The notes under the pieces: generated by a model
The model's input: the letters and a program-made list of their open reading frames with translations, nothing else
What the model was told of the DNA's origin: nothing
Databases searched by the model: none
Translations under genes and position numbers: made by a program
Origin: a virus
Lineage: Duplodnaviria; Caudoviricetes
Direction: 5' to 3' (one strand)
IMG/VR virus record: IMGVR_UViG_3300012031_000043
Location: 1-33,329 of that record
Length of the DNA stretch: 33,329 bases
Shown here: piece by piece, positions 9,649 through 19,333 of the stretch
Position numbering within the stretch: the stretch's first letter is position 1
Layout of the letters: the number at the start of each line of letters is the position of its first letter

Positions 9649-10103
9649 TGACTTCCCAAGAGTTCAACGCCTTACCTGTAGAGGTAAGGCGTTTTATAAC
9701 GGCCCACGCGGGATGCTTAGGATGCGGAGGCAACGCAGCGCAGAAATTAACTAAGGCTTACGAGCTTTATAAATCTCAGAAAAAAATGAAAGCTTACCAA
9801 CTACACGGCGGCGGTATCAACTACCTAAAAGACGGCCAAAAAGGAGTGCTCTATCCAATAGACACAAACGACACAGCGGAGGCTATCCGTAAAAAAATAG
9901 AAATTGCAAAAGCAATACACGCGGCAAGTCCGCACGTATTCACTATCTTTGACGAGGCAGCTATGGCTGAACTGCTTGAGGGCCTAGAGCCTGCGAAAGT
10001 GGTCAACTTAGACAAGCCCTTCGTAAAACACCAGGCACCAAAACGGGCGGGTAACGGAAAATTTCAAAAGAAGGAGCCGACTGTAGATGAGGACGAAATT
10101 TAA
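9648..10103 (+). CDS. Hypothetical protein with CxxC and acidic C-tail DEDEI
   Basis: Translationally coupled ORF in the structural operon; GCLGCGG motif. Confidence 0.6.
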   Translation: MTSQEFNALPVEVRRFITAHAGCLGCGGNAAQKLTKAYELYKSQKKMKAYQLHGGGINYLKDGQKGVLYPIDTNDTAEAIRKKIEIAKAIHAASPHVFTIFDEAAMAELLEGLEPAKVVNLDKPFVKHQAPKRAGNGKFQKKEPTVDEDEI

Positions 10104-10115
10104 AACATAATAATT

Positions 10116-11372
10116 ATGTACACCGACTTTTTTAAAGTCAAAGGCAAAAAGAAAAGAAAAGCCGTCGACACTAAAGGATACGTCCAATTAGACGGCGGCT
10201 TATTTTTTACAAGCCTTGACCAAGCCTACCTTAACAGCCCTACAGCGACTATGGCACTTTTAAAGTTCCACGAGTACGCCGTGCCTACTAATCTATTGCA
10301 GAAGTACCAGGAGTTGTGGAAAAAGATTGAGAGCGATTATATAAGATATGGCTATTACATGATATTGGTATCTTATAACGTCGATGCAGAGGCTATACAG
10401 TGGGACTATCTGAACCCTAAGAAGTTCTTAGTTAAAGATTTCGACGACAACGACAACGCTTCTACTTTTATAAATATCGTTTCTGATAAAGAGTACCCAA
10501 CTTTTAACAGTTCAAAAAAAGTAGTGCTATCGCAATTTGAAAAGGACGGTTTTAGCAAGTTCGCAGGGCAAATATACATGTACAACGATAGTTCACTACC
10601 TTACCGCGTTACCCCAATGTACAGCGTTATAAAGTGGATGCGCACCGAGGCAGACGCTTCAACCTACATAGACAAAGCATGTGATAACGCGATGTTTGGA
10701 AACAACATATTTATAGTAAAGAAGTCCAGCGCTGCAACGGAAACCGAAATAGCGGTGCTAAACAGCGTTAAGGAGGCGATCAGTTCTACTAAAGGGGTTG
10801 ACGAAGCAGGTCAAAATTTACTAATTGAGTACAGCGGCGACATTGACGACGTATCAAAATTACTATCTAAAGTATCAATATCCAACGATTTTGAAGTAGA
10901 TTTGCTGAACGCTGCCGACGCTAAAGCGAGCGAAAAAATAGCTATGGCTTGCTATGGCTTCCCTTTAATTTTAGTTAAGCAAAGCGAAGGTGTGTTCGGA
11001 AACAGCGGCGAGGCTATATCAGTAGCGACTGCCGAGTGGGCTAAGACCTGCCAAAAAGAAGCGATTAACATTTTGGACGGCTTTAAAAAAATAGGGCTTA
11101 CAATAACAGAAGAGGTAGCTCAAGAGCAAGCAACAGTAGAAAATGTAGATGATAGAACCTTAGAGGCGCAAGCTGTTTTAAAAGGCTCTGTAGGGGGCGT
11201 TCAAGCGTTACTCTCAATCCAACAGGGCGTCTCGGCAGGCACTACTACACTTGAATCTGGAATAGCTATTTTAGAGGCTATTTTTGGATTTGATAGAATT
11301 ACATCAGTAAAATTACTCGGAAAACCAGAAGACAATGACACCACTAACGACCCCAACAACGCAGGAGCTTAG
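10116..11372 (+). CDS. Portal protein
   Basis: 418 aa. 'YLNSPTA', 'DYIRYGYYMILV', 'KGVDEAGQ' and 'KIAMACYGFPLILV...GVFGNSGE' match the portal pattern of Bacteroidota phages. No other portal candidate is present. Confidence 0.75.
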   Translation: MYTDFFKVKGKKKRKAVDTKGYVQLDGGLFFTSLDQAYLNSPTATMALLKFHEYAVPTNLLQKYQELWKKIESDYIRYGYYMILVSYNVDAEAIQWDYLNPKKFLVKDFDDNDNASTFINIVSDKEYPTFNSSKKVVLSQFEKDGFSKFAGQIYMYNDSSLPYRVTPMYSVIKWMRTEADASTYIDKACDNAMFGNNIFIVKKSSAATETEIAVLNSVKEAISSTKGVDEAGQNLLIEYSGDIDDVSKLLSKVSISNDFEVDLLNAADAKASEKIAMACYGFPLILVKQSEGVFGNSGEAISVATAEWAKTCQKEAINILDGFKKIGLTITEEVAQEQATVENVDDRTLEAQAVLKGSVGGVQALLSIQQGVSAGTTTLESGIAILEAIFGFDRITSVKLLGKPEDNDTTNDPNNAGA

Positions 11373-11790
11373 AGCCTTTTACCCTGTTTCGTCGTCAATT
11401 ACAGACGAGAAAAGACAGCAGCTCTTTGACTACGTTAAGAATCACATTTTAATTAAAATGTTCGGCTTTGAGGCTGCCTCAGGAATAGCGGCGGGCAGTA
11501 TTGCAGGAGATCCAAGCGCTACTTTTATTGGGTTCCAGAAATTCGTAGCCTTACTCTGCGCTTACCAAGAGATTAAAGACCCTTTGGTATCAACGAACTT
11601 CGGAGCTAAGGTGATGGATAGGGCGGGCGCGCTTAACCCGACTAACGGGCAGAAGAGCATCACTCTCATAGATATTGAAAACACAATAGCGATACACTAC
11701 AAAACAGCTCTAGTATTAATTAATGAAGGTAAGTATCAGGACGTCCCTAATTGGGGCGGGTACTTCTCATATAAAATATCTCGATTATGA
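11335..11790 (+). CDS. Putative head-tail adaptor/connector
   Basis: Follows the portal gene. Helical 151-aa protein with 'IKMFG...AY...VSTNFGA' pattern (DUF6712-like). Confidence 0.55.
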   Translation: MTPLTTPTTQELRAFYPVSSSITDEKRQQLFDYVKNHILIKMFGFEAASGIAAGSIAGDPSATFIGFQKFVALLCAYQEIKDPLVSTNFGAKVMDRAGALNPTNGQKSITLIDIENTIAIHYKTALVLINEGKYQDVPNWGGYFSYKISRL

Positions 11791-14615
11791 TTGATCCTTA
11801 CGAGTTCAACAATGCAAACGCCGAGGGCGACAAAGAGGCCGTTATACTGCCTAACTTACCTACTTTAGTAAATAAGCTAAGTGCGGACGAAACCAACGGC
11901 ATTAAAGACAAAATTAATGAAATAGCGCAGGTAGTGAACGTCATAGACCCCGACAGTACAACACTTCAAAGCGTAACCGAAAACGGAAACGTAACAGATA
12001 GACCTATTATAGTACGTTCAGACAATCAGTTTGAGGTAAGTGCTGTAATGATAATTGAAGGATTTTTAGCCCAAAATACGGTCACTAACAAATTTACAAG
12101 AGTTGAATTTGATAGGATAAGAACTAAAGATACAATCGGAGATTTTGAAAACCAAGTAATTACTAAAAATTCACAACCGACAGAGTCAGCTATTTACGAA
12201 CAACTCAGACCTAATAAAAGCGGTACTATTGCTATGCTAAGCGACATAGGTGTAGCAGCAGGTCAGCTTATAAAAGTTACGGAAAACAACCAAACAGGCT
12301 ACAGACTTAAAGATTCAAACCCCGCAAATTATGGTAATATTGGATTTGATGCGGTAGATTTAAGTATTTCAGATAGCGCAAGTACAACAAAGGGTGCAAC
12401 AGGAGCAAAGTCACACGCACAGGGCGTGAATACAACTGCAAGTGGTTTAATTTCGCATGCAGAAGGAAATGGTACCGATGCACCTGGTTATGCTGGACAT
12501 GCGGAAGGAGTAGCTACAACAGCAAGCGGCGTATCATCACACGCAGAAGGAAATAATACGTTTGCAAGGTCACAAGCGGAACATTCAGGCGGAATTTTTG
12601 GAACTGATTATATACCACAAAGTTCACTCGGCTTTAACTTGATAGACCGACTTGTAAATTACGGGAACGGCACGAATACAAGCAACCGAAGAGACGCATA
12701 CACGCTTTTCAAAAACGGAATGCAAAAGTTCTTTACTGCGGCTTTATCTACAATTACAAACGCTACAAAAGGCTCCATAATGCTGGACGAAAATGCACGA
12801 ATGCATATTCACGATGGAACAGTTTTTAAAGCCGTTGCCTTTACTCAAGACATAGGTGTATCAAATTCTAAAAATTTGGGGCCAACAGGTTTGAACCAAG
12901 GAGGGATTTTAACTATAAACACGAATGCGGCAAAGTTTGATCTTTCTGCTGGGTTTGGCTACGTTGTTAATGGTCATTCTGATGCTGACAATCCATCATA
13001 TACAAAAGTTACTTGGGTAGCTAAGATAGCTAATACAATACCGAACCTCGCAACTCAAAAGCAAACGTATGTAGCTGTTGATATTAATGGAGATTTGTAT
13101 TTCACGAACGTGCCACTAACAGCAACACAAAGGCGTAATTTTATAAGAATTGGGGTCTTGATTCACCTAAACAATTCATCTGTAACTTACATTGACAATC
13201 AGCCAACTATCAATATTGAAATAGGGGGACAAGTACAAGATATTTTGGAAGCTTTAGGGTTTAGATCTTTAAGCGGTAACCGTATTTTTCCCGTATCTAA
13301 TAATTTAAAAATAAAAAAGGAATTAGGACGAGTTTTTAAGCCTGGAGCCAATTTTAATAATTTAACAACGCAGCCCCATTCGTTTACTTTGGCAGCTCAA
13401 GAGCCTATAACTTTCAGGTATAGAACTCAAACTGGAGCAGAGGGTTCAGACATAACAGACATAACTCCCGCAATTTATGACTTAAACGGGACAATTACAC
13501 CCGTAGGGGCTACAGCAACGCTAGCGACTATTCAGAGGGTTTACATCTTTCAAGATGGGGTAATTAGAATACAACCCGGACAAAGAGTTTTTACTACACT
13601 TAACGCCGCAATTACAGCGTTAAACTCTGACGTTTTTATCACTGATTTAGATATTTCGGAAAATGGGTTATATCTCGGGGCGATTGTGTTAACGAGAAAT
13701 ACAGTTGATTTAAGTAATATTGCACAAGCTATTTTTGCACCTTCAATAGGTACAACGGCCAACGGTTCGGTTGCATCTCCCGCTCTAGCATATACGGCTG
13801 AAGATGTAGCTAACAAACAAAATAGTTTAGCGGTTGACGGTACAGGCTCAAAATATCCAACAGTCGATGCAGTAAACACGGGGTTAAGCTCATTACTACC
13901 AAGCCCCTTGTTAGGCAACATTTTGAGAGGTAACGGCACGGCTTATGCTGGGATTCCAGAGGTGGAGTTTATGCGGGTTAAAAGTCCGTTTTTAAAATCA
14001 CATTTAGCGACTGATATTAATTTTGATAAATTAATTTATTGGGATAATTTTATACGTGCAAATTCAACAAGTTTAGGCACAGCCGACAGCGGGCAAGTTT
14101 ACCAGAATTTAAACGGTACCGGCTGGGGCGTTACTGGAAACGAAGCAACTGGAACAGCTTTTTCGATAACTGCAATACCTATAACATCAGCAGGAGTTAT
14201 AACCTCTTATATTTCTAAAGTTTTGATACGTAATACCCCACCAAACTCAGCCAGAGCGGCTGGATTTGGATTTTTAATTGACAAAGATAACTATATATCC
14301 GCTTTATCAACTAGAGGTGAGGTCATCATAACAAAAAGAACGGCAGGAGTAAATACCACCATTGCTTCGATTTCTTATACAAACAATGGGATTTCAGGAA
14401 CTGATAGGATAGACTCTGAATTTGATTTTACTTTTAGAATATACTCAAATTCAGCAAGAACTATTATAGAAATTCAAAGCGACAGACTAAATATTAGCAA
14501 CGCTTATAACCTTAACGATATTGCTTATTTTAATAGCATTAATTTCTTTGGAACGATTGCGTTGGAAAACATAGCAGGAAATATAATTTCTGCAAAATTA
14601 ATAAAAGACATATAA
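11787..14615 (+). CDS. Tail fibre / receptor-binding protein, 942 aa
   Basis: 14-residue SHAEG repeats (YadA-head-like beta-roll), Gly/Thr/Asn-rich modules, linker AEDVANKQNSLAVDGTGSKYPTVDAV, beta-rich C-terminus, just upstream of the lysis genes. Confidence 0.8.
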   Translation: MIDPYEFNNANAEGDKEAVILPNLPTLVNKLSADETNGIKDKINEIAQVVNVIDPDSTTLQSVTENGNVTDRPIIVRSDNQFEVSAVMIIEGFLAQNTVTNKFTRVEFDRIRTKDTIGDFENQVITKNSQPTESAIYEQLRPNKSGTIAMLSDIGVAAGQLIKVTENNQTGYRLKDSNPANYGNIGFDAVDLSISDSASTTKGATGAKSHAQGVNTTASGLISHAEGNGTDAPGYAGHAEGVATTASGVSSHAEGNNTFARSQAEHSGGIFGTDYIPQSSLGFNLIDRLVNYGNGTNTSNRRDAYTLFKNGMQKFFTAALSTITNATKGSIMLDENARMHIHDGTVFKAVAFTQDIGVSNSKNLGPTGLNQGGILTINTNAAKFDLSAGFGYVVNGHSDADNPSYTKVTWVAKIANTIPNLATQKQTYVAVDINGDLYFTNVPLTATQRRNFIRIGVLIHLNNSSVTYIDNQPTINIEIGGQVQDILEALGFRSLSGNRIFPVSNNLKIKKELGRVFKPGANFNNLTTQPHSFTLAAQEPITFRYRTQTGAEGSDITDITPAIYDLNGTITPVGATATLATIQRVYIFQDGVIRIQPGQRVFTTLNAAITALNSDVFITDLDISENGLYLGAIVLTRNTVDLSNIAQAIFAPSIGTTANGSVASPALAYTAEDVANKQNSLAVDGTGSKYPTVDAVNTGLSSLLPSPLLGNILRGNGTAYAGIPEVEFMRVKSPFLKSHLATDINFDKLIYWDNFIRANSTSLGTADSGQVYQNLNGTGWGVTGNEATGTAFSITAIPITSAGVITSYISKVLIRNTPPNSARAAGFGFLIDKDNYISALSTRGEVIITKRTAGVNTTIASISYTNNGISGTDRIDSEFDFTFRIYSNSARTIIEIQSDRLNISNAYNLNDIAYFNSINFFGTIALENIAGNIISAKLIKDI
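12394..12594 (+). repeat. 42-bp (14-aa) coding repeats, about 5 units
   Basis: GAKSHAQG / GLISHAEG / GYAGHAEG / GVSSHAEG / SQAEHSGG at 14-residue spacing. Confidence 0.8.
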
Positions 14616-14616
14616 A

Positions 14617-14865
14617 ATGATAGTAGCAAAATTAAACGGACAGCCCGATTTAACTGGACTAGAACATTGGGACATTCAAGGATATTCCCTAAATGAGGAC
14701 GGAGAAACCTACACCGTTCAAGCCATTCACAAGCTTATTCCGCTAATCAGAGAACGGTACTCAATGGACGATGAAATAGCAATCCAAAGGCAAAAAGAAA
14801 CAAAACCCGTTGAATTTCAAGCGTATTTTGATTATGTAGAACTTTGTAAAACTTCTTTAAAATAA
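14617..14865 (+). CDS. Small fibre-associated protein (possible assembly chaperone)
   Basis: Directly after the fibre gene. 'LIRERYSMDDEIAIQRQ...EFQAY...CK' pattern typical of small post-fibre genes in Bacteroidota phages. Confidence 0.55.
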   Translation: MIVAKLNGQPDLTGLEHWDIQGYSLNEDGETYTVQAIHKLIPLIRERYSMDDEIAIQRQKETKPVEFQAYFDYVELCKTSLK

Positions 14866-14883
14866 CAACTAAATAAAATTAAA

Positions 14884-15171
14884 ATGAAAAATTTTTTAGA
14901 ACAAGTATTACTGCATAAATGGCACAAACATTTTGTAGTTGGCTCGGGGACAATGGTAGTGTTACTATGGCTATTTAGTTTTACAGATTTAAGAAAACTA
15001 GAACAAGTAATAGTATCTTTGTTTATATTATTTATTGGTTGTGTATTTTGGGAAATGATGCAAGAACGTTTTTATAATGCAAATCAAAAAATGCAAGATA
15101 TGATTAATGATGTTTGGGCAGGAGTGTTTGGAGGATTTTTAGGAAGTTTAATTTTTTTAATATTTGTATAA
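14884..15171 (+). CDS. Membrane protein, 3 TM (VanZ-like pattern)
   Basis: KHF...FWE...D...D...G..GG pattern in hydrophobic helices; at the head of the lysis cassette. Confidence 0.55.
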   Translation: MKNFLEQVLLHKWHKHFVVGSGTMVVLLWLFSFTDLRKLEQVIVSLFILFIGCVFWEMMQERFYNANQKMQDMINDVWAGVFGGFLGSLIFLIFV

Positions 15172-15642
15172 ATGAAAATTCAAGACTACGCTAACGAAAT
15201 TAAAACTTTGTTATACAGCTTTTTAGTGTATTTAAACATAGATTACGATGTAGCAATTATAATGATAGTCTTAATATTTACCGATATGTTTGTCGGGGCA
15301 GTTAAGAGTGTAGCACTTCCAGCAATGAGTTTTAGTATTGAGACGTTTTGGGCGGGTTTAATTAAAAAATCAATACTTTTAATTATTGTTATGGTATTAG
15401 CTTTAACAGCTAGAGGCTTAGGATTTGCAGATTTCAGGCTTATGGTTACAACAGTGATAAAGATAATGATACTAAACGAGTGCATTTCAATATTTAATTC
15501 GTGCAGGTCTGTTTTAGATAAAAAACAGCATAAGTCAAGCGATTTTATCAGTAAATTAATTGAGCTAATCGGAAATTATTTACTTTTTTACATCGATAAG
15601 CTTTTTAATTTTTTTGATAATAATAATTTAAAAAACAAATAA
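15172..15642 (+). CDS. Holin
   Basis: About 3 TM segments with 'D...G.VK...S....GL.KK...E..SI..N' signature of Phage_holin_4-type holins; directly upstream of the endolysin. Confidence 0.8.
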   Translation: MKIQDYANEIKTLLYSFLVYLNIDYDVAIIMIVLIFTDMFVGAVKSVALPAMSFSIETFWAGLIKKSILLIIVMVLALTARGLGFADFRLMVTTVIKIMILNECISIFNSCRSVLDKKQHKSSDFISKLIELIGNYLLFYIDKLFNFFDNNNLKNK

Positions 15643-15643
15643 A

Positions 15644-16108
15644 ATGGTAACATCAGCACTAGCATTAAAAAAATACGGGGACCCTAATTTACTCGCTACT
15701 CAGAGCAAACATTTTGAATTATGGATTGTCGAAGCGGACATTTTAGAAGCGTTCAAACACGTTCGATTTTCAGCACTTGGAACATTAGGTTTCCCTAAAA
15801 AAATATTTCTTAATAAAGACATGCTTAACCCTTTGCGTAATGCTTTACGAACGCTTATTTGCAGAGGTCTATCAAGTGAATTAAAAACTTGGGATGGAGT
15901 ATTTGTAATTAGAAGTAAAAGAGCACTAGCATCATTGAGCTTACATAGTTGGGCCATTGCTGTTGATGTAAATCAGGCAGAAAATCAATTAAATATGATT
16001 CCAAAACTATCTCCTGAATTTGTAAAATGCTTTACAGATTGCGGTTTTGAATGGGGTGGAACTTGGAAGCGAAAAGACGGAATGCATTTTGAATTATCCA
16101 ATATATAA
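15644..16108 (+). CDS. Endolysin, M15-family Zn peptidase
   Basis: R...SLHSWAIAVDVN and WGGTW...DGMHFE motifs. Confidence 0.9.
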   Translation: MVTSALALKKYGDPNLLATQSKHFELWIVEADILEAFKHVRFSALGTLGFPKKIFLNKDMLNPLRNALRTLICRGLSSELKTWDGVFVIRSKRALASLSLHSWAIAVDVNQAENQLNMIPKLSPEFVKCFTDCGFEWGGTWKRKDGMHFELSNI

Positions 16109-16112
16109 AATC

Positions 16113-16628
16113 ATGAAAAATATACTACTAATTACGCTATCACTTTTGCTATTCAGTTGCGGGGCCAGAAAGTCTAATAAGTCTAAAATTAAAACGTCCA
16201 AACAGTCAGAAGCCACCACCTCAGCCGTTTTAAAAACGGAAACGGTGAAAGATATTGAAACTGTAAAAGAAGCCGTTAAAGAGGTTAATTTTAGCAGTGA
16301 AAAGCTAGAACCCATTGACGTTTTAAAACCGATAGTTAAGACCGAAAGCACAAAGGATGGGACAACTACAACAACGTGGCAAAACGCAAAAGTTGACCGC
16401 TCCAGCACTTCAAAAAAAGAGGTAGTAAAAGAAATTAAGACAGATAAAAGTAAAATATTGCAGCAGTTAGAAATTAAGTCCTTTTTAAAAATCAAAGAAA
16501 ATACCGAAAACATTAAAAAAGAAACCGAGCGGGAAAGCTATTCGATGTGGTGGGTTCCTTTTTTAAGTATAATAATTTCTTGGATTTACATTAAATTTCG
16601 CAAAAAACAGCAACAAAGGCAACAATAA
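16113..16628 (+). CDS. Unimolecular spanin (lipoprotein with C-terminal TM)
   Basis: Starting at ATG16113: MKNILLITLSLLLFS-C lipobox, and C-terminal TM WWVPFLSIIISWIYI with a basic tail. Last gene of the lysis cassette. Confidence 0.75.
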   Translation: MKNILLITLSLLLFSCGARKSNKSKIKTSKQSEATTSAVLKTETVKDIETVKEAVKEVNFSSEKLEPIDVLKPIVKTESTKDGTTTTTWQNAKVDRSSTSKKEVVKEIKTDKSKILQQLEIKSFLKIKENTENIKKETERESYSMWWVPFLSIIISWIYIKFRKKQQQRQQ

Positions 16629-16649
16629 AATACACTTATTAGATACGCT

Positions 16650-16675
16650 AAAGCCCCAATGCTATGGGGCTTTTT
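16650..16675 (+). terminator. Intrinsic terminator ending the late/lysis operon
   Basis: AAAGCCCCA-atgcta-TGGGGCTTTTT. Confidence 0.85.
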
Positions 16676-16680
16676 CTATG

Positions 16681-16865
16681 AAGTAAACAATATAAACAAT
16701 AAATATTAAAATAATATATAATTAATAATATAGTACTATATAAGGCTATATAGGCTTATAGTATATTACGTTATTACGCTATATAAAGAGTTTGCCATTG
16801 TTTACGCGTTTATTGTTTACTTCTGCTTGTAAGTCCCGTAAACAGTAGTAAAAAGCGTAAACAAT
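16681..16865. repeat. Iteron/AT-rich unit A (origin-like)
   Basis: GTAAACAAT-type 9-mers: forward at 16683, 16692, 16838 (variant) and 16857; reverse at 16797 and 16812. They flank a very AT-rich core. Confidence 0.7.
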
Positions 16866-16895
16866 AAATAAATTTTAAAACTTTATTAAAATTTA

Positions 16896-16928
16896 TTTGC
16901 TTTTTAGTTTTTAAAGGTTTTATCTTTG
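16896..16928 (+). promoter_or_regulatory. Promoter of the early/replication operon
   Basis: TTTG(16896)-N21-TATCTTTG(16921). Confidence 0.75.
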
Positions 16929-16944
16929 TAAAAAATATTTACCA

Positions 16945-17367
16945 ATGAAAACACTTAAAAAAATAATTCAACTAAAAAAGTTAGGTAAGCGAGAACTTGC
17001 CGAGGCACTCTTCCCGGACGCAAAGCACCCGCTTATGACGCTTAACCGCGTTCTCTCAGGAGAGCGCCCTTTGAGCGTGGAGGAGTTTAAAATCCTTGCA
17101 GAAATTACGGATATTCCTGTGGGCTTTTTAATTTCTGACACTTGGGACGTAACAGCGAATAAAGCAGAAGAGCTTAATTTTAGAAAAGGCGACGTTTTAC
17201 TGGAAGTAAACACGGAGTTTTGGATAGCCTATGTCTACAAAATAATAGCGGGGGATCGCACGCTTATTTACCGAGTTCGAGCGCAAAATGCCCCACTTAA
17301 AGTCTTTTTATCAGACATCACAGACTTAATAATCACAAAAAACAGTAATACGTTAAAATCAATTTAA
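16945..17367 (+). CDS. XRE/Cro-like HTH transcriptional regulator
   Basis: N-terminal 'LGKRELAEALFP....TLNRVLSGERPLSVEEFKILAEITDIPVGFL'. Confidence 0.75.
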   Translation: MKTLKKIIQLKKLGKRELAEALFPDAKHPLMTLNRVLSGERPLSVEEFKILAEITDIPVGFLISDTWDVTANKAEELNFRKGDVLLEVNTEFWIAYVYKIIAGDRTLIYRVRAQNAPLKVFLSDITDLIITKNSNTLKSI

Positions 17368-17368
17368 A

Positions 17369-17950
17369 ATGAGTAAATTAAATTTAGAATTCAATTTGTC
17401 AGAGTTGGGAACGGCCCAACGTGCAGCATTAAGCGCTTTCATCTTAGCCCCGCTAAAATATGAGGAGCAGGACACTTTCACAACGCAGGACTTTGGAAAA
17501 GTAGAATACAAATTGCCGCAGGCCTCTGGATTTTTAACGCCCCCTCCTGCAAGCGAAACCGCAGAAACTCCAGAACCCGCAAAGCGTACACGGGCTAAAC
17601 GAGGCACGGCTACAACTAGCGAAGCGTTTGCGGATAAAGAGCGCACGGAGTCAGAAGTTGACAAGTACAGCGTAACGGTAAGCGAAAGAGTTACTCAACA
17701 CCTAGAAGTTGCGAAAGAGGCAGGTTTATTAGCCCCTCCCGATATTACTGCGGAGGAGCCTGAGGCACCAGAACCTGAGGCAGCAGAGGTAACACTTGAC
17801 GACTTAAGAGCGTTAGTGACGCCTACAGTACTTGACAACCACAGAGCGGCTTTAAAAGCTAAGATAGTAGAGCTAGGAGGCTCTAAGCTCGCAGATATGC
17901 CTGTTAAGAATTACGGTGCTTTTAAGACTTGGTTAGAAGGCTTGAAGTAA
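17369..17950 (+). CDS. Hypothetical replication-module protein
   Basis: Acidic Pro-rich linker and C-terminal 'VTLDDLRA...GGSKLADMP...Y' domain, typical of the gene preceding DUF2800. Confidence 0.65.
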   Translation: MSKLNLEFNLSELGTAQRAALSAFILAPLKYEEQDTFTTQDFGKVEYKLPQASGFLTPPPASETAETPEPAKRTRAKRGTATTSEAFADKERTESEVDKYSVTVSERVTQHLEVAKEAGLLAPPDITAEEPEAPEPEAAEVTLDDLRALVTPTVLDNHRAALKAKIVELGGSKLADMPVKNYGAFKTWLEGLK

Positions 17951-19314
17951 TGCAAGCCGCGTCTAAAGCGTTAATTAGGGCTTACCTTAAAAGTTTTAAC
18001 GCCAAAAGTAAAGTAGTGCAGCAGCAGGGCATTAATAACGCTGCTGCACGAATTACGGACTACCAGATCAACGCTCACGGGCTTACACCCCACTACCAAC
18101 TAGCTGGGTTCATCTATCAGAAATTAATAAGTAAAATGAAAAAAATCGAGCACACCACACGGGCCCACGCTCTACTATCCGCTTCGGGAGCGGATCGCTG
18201 GCTTAATTGCACACCTTCGCCTCGTTTGGAGGAGAATTTTAAGAACGAAAGCAGTTCGTTTGCGCAGGAGGGAACACTAGCTCACGAGTTCGCAGAGCTG
18301 CTATTAAAAAAGTACCTAAACAGGATTGACGCTAAGGCCTATAAAGCGCAATTTACCGCGCTAAGTAAGGCGGAGTACTACAGCGCTGAAATGCTGGACT
18401 ACGTCAACGTACATGTTACTTATGCCCTCGAGCAGTTCGCAGCGGCGCAGAAGTCTGACAAGCACGCGGTACTGCTAATTGAGGAGCGCGTCGATATTAC
18501 ACACCTAATCGAGGGCGGGTTTGGAACTTGCGATGTAATTATAATTGCTTGCGGCGTTATGGAGGTTGTGGATTTGAAGTACGGCCTTGGGGTTCGCGTT
18601 TCACCCGATAATAACTCCCAGCTCAAGCTATACGCCGCTGGAGCACTTGACAAATACGACGTTAAGTATGACATTAACAGCGTAATTTTAACCGTAACGC
18701 AGCCCCGCATGGATTCTATAAGCTCCTGGGAGATCGCTGCAAGTGATTTAATTAAATGGGGCGAACAAGTTGTCAAGCCCACGGCGTTAATTGCTTACCA
18801 GGGCCAAGGAGAGCAGAAAACAGGCGACTGGTGCAAGTTTTGCAAAGCCTCCCCTAAGTGTGCAGCACAGCAGGCCCTAGCGCTCGAAGCCGCGCGGGAA
18901 GCATTTACAGATCCTCAACTCTTAACCGACGAACAACTAACAGAGGTGTACGCTAAGATAGACGCAGTAAGTAAGTGGTTCTCTAGCGTTCAAGCGTATA
19001 TGTACGCTGAGGCAATGGGGGGTAAGAAGTGGGACGGGCTTAAACTTGTTGACGGTCAAAACCGCCGCGGCTGGAGCGACGAGCAGGCAGCGCGTGAACT
19101 TCTAGCAGGCAATTACAAGACCGAGGACTTTACCAATGTGAAAATGAAGGGCATAGGAGAAATAGAAAAATTAGTAGGTAAAAAGAATTTTCCTATTATG
19201 TTTTCCGAGGTACTGGAGAGTAAGAGAACCTCACCTACTTTAGTAGATGAGAGCGACAAACGCCCCGAAATGGTCAACGAGGACTACTTCGAGGATTTAG
19301 ACGAAGAAATATAA
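17950..19314 (+). CDS. DUF2800 Cas4-like (PD-(D/E)xK) exonuclease
   Basis: HALLSASGADRWLNCTPS, GTLAH, GFGTCD, VVDLKYG, QLKLYA and WCKFCKASPKC motifs. Start is either ATG17950 or ATG18136. Confidence 0.88.
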   Translation: MQAASKALIRAYLKSFNAKSKVVQQQGINNAAARITDYQINAHGLTPHYQLAGFIYQKLISKMKKIEHTTRAHALLSASGADRWLNCTPSPRLEENFKNESSSFAQEGTLAHEFAELLLKKYLNRIDAKAYKAQFTALSKAEYYSAEMLDYVNVHVTYALEQFAAAQKSDKHAVLLIEERVDITHLIEGGFGTCDVIIIACGVMEVVDLKYGLGVRVSPDNNSQLKLYAAGALDKYDVKYDINSVILTVTQPRMDSISSWEIAASDLIKWGEQVVKPTALIAYQGQGEQKTGDWCKFCKASPKCAAQQALALEAAREAFTDPQLLTDEQLTEVYAKIDAVSKWFSSVQAYMYAEAMGGKKWDGLKLVDGQNRRGWSDEQAARELLAGNYKTEDFTNVKMKGIGEIEKLVGKKNFPIMFSEVLESKRTSPTLVDESDKRPEMVNEDYFEDLDEEI

Positions 19315-19333
19315 ACAATTAATACTTTAGATT

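Noticed and set aside
11787-14615. Diversity-generating retroelement or invertible fibre cassette
   Set aside because: No reverse transcriptase, invertase, template/variable repeat pair or flanking inverted repeats seen.
17950-19314. Cas4 as part of a CRISPR-Cas system
   Set aside because: It is the solo DUF2800 nuclease in its usual SSB-PolA context; no other cas genes are present.
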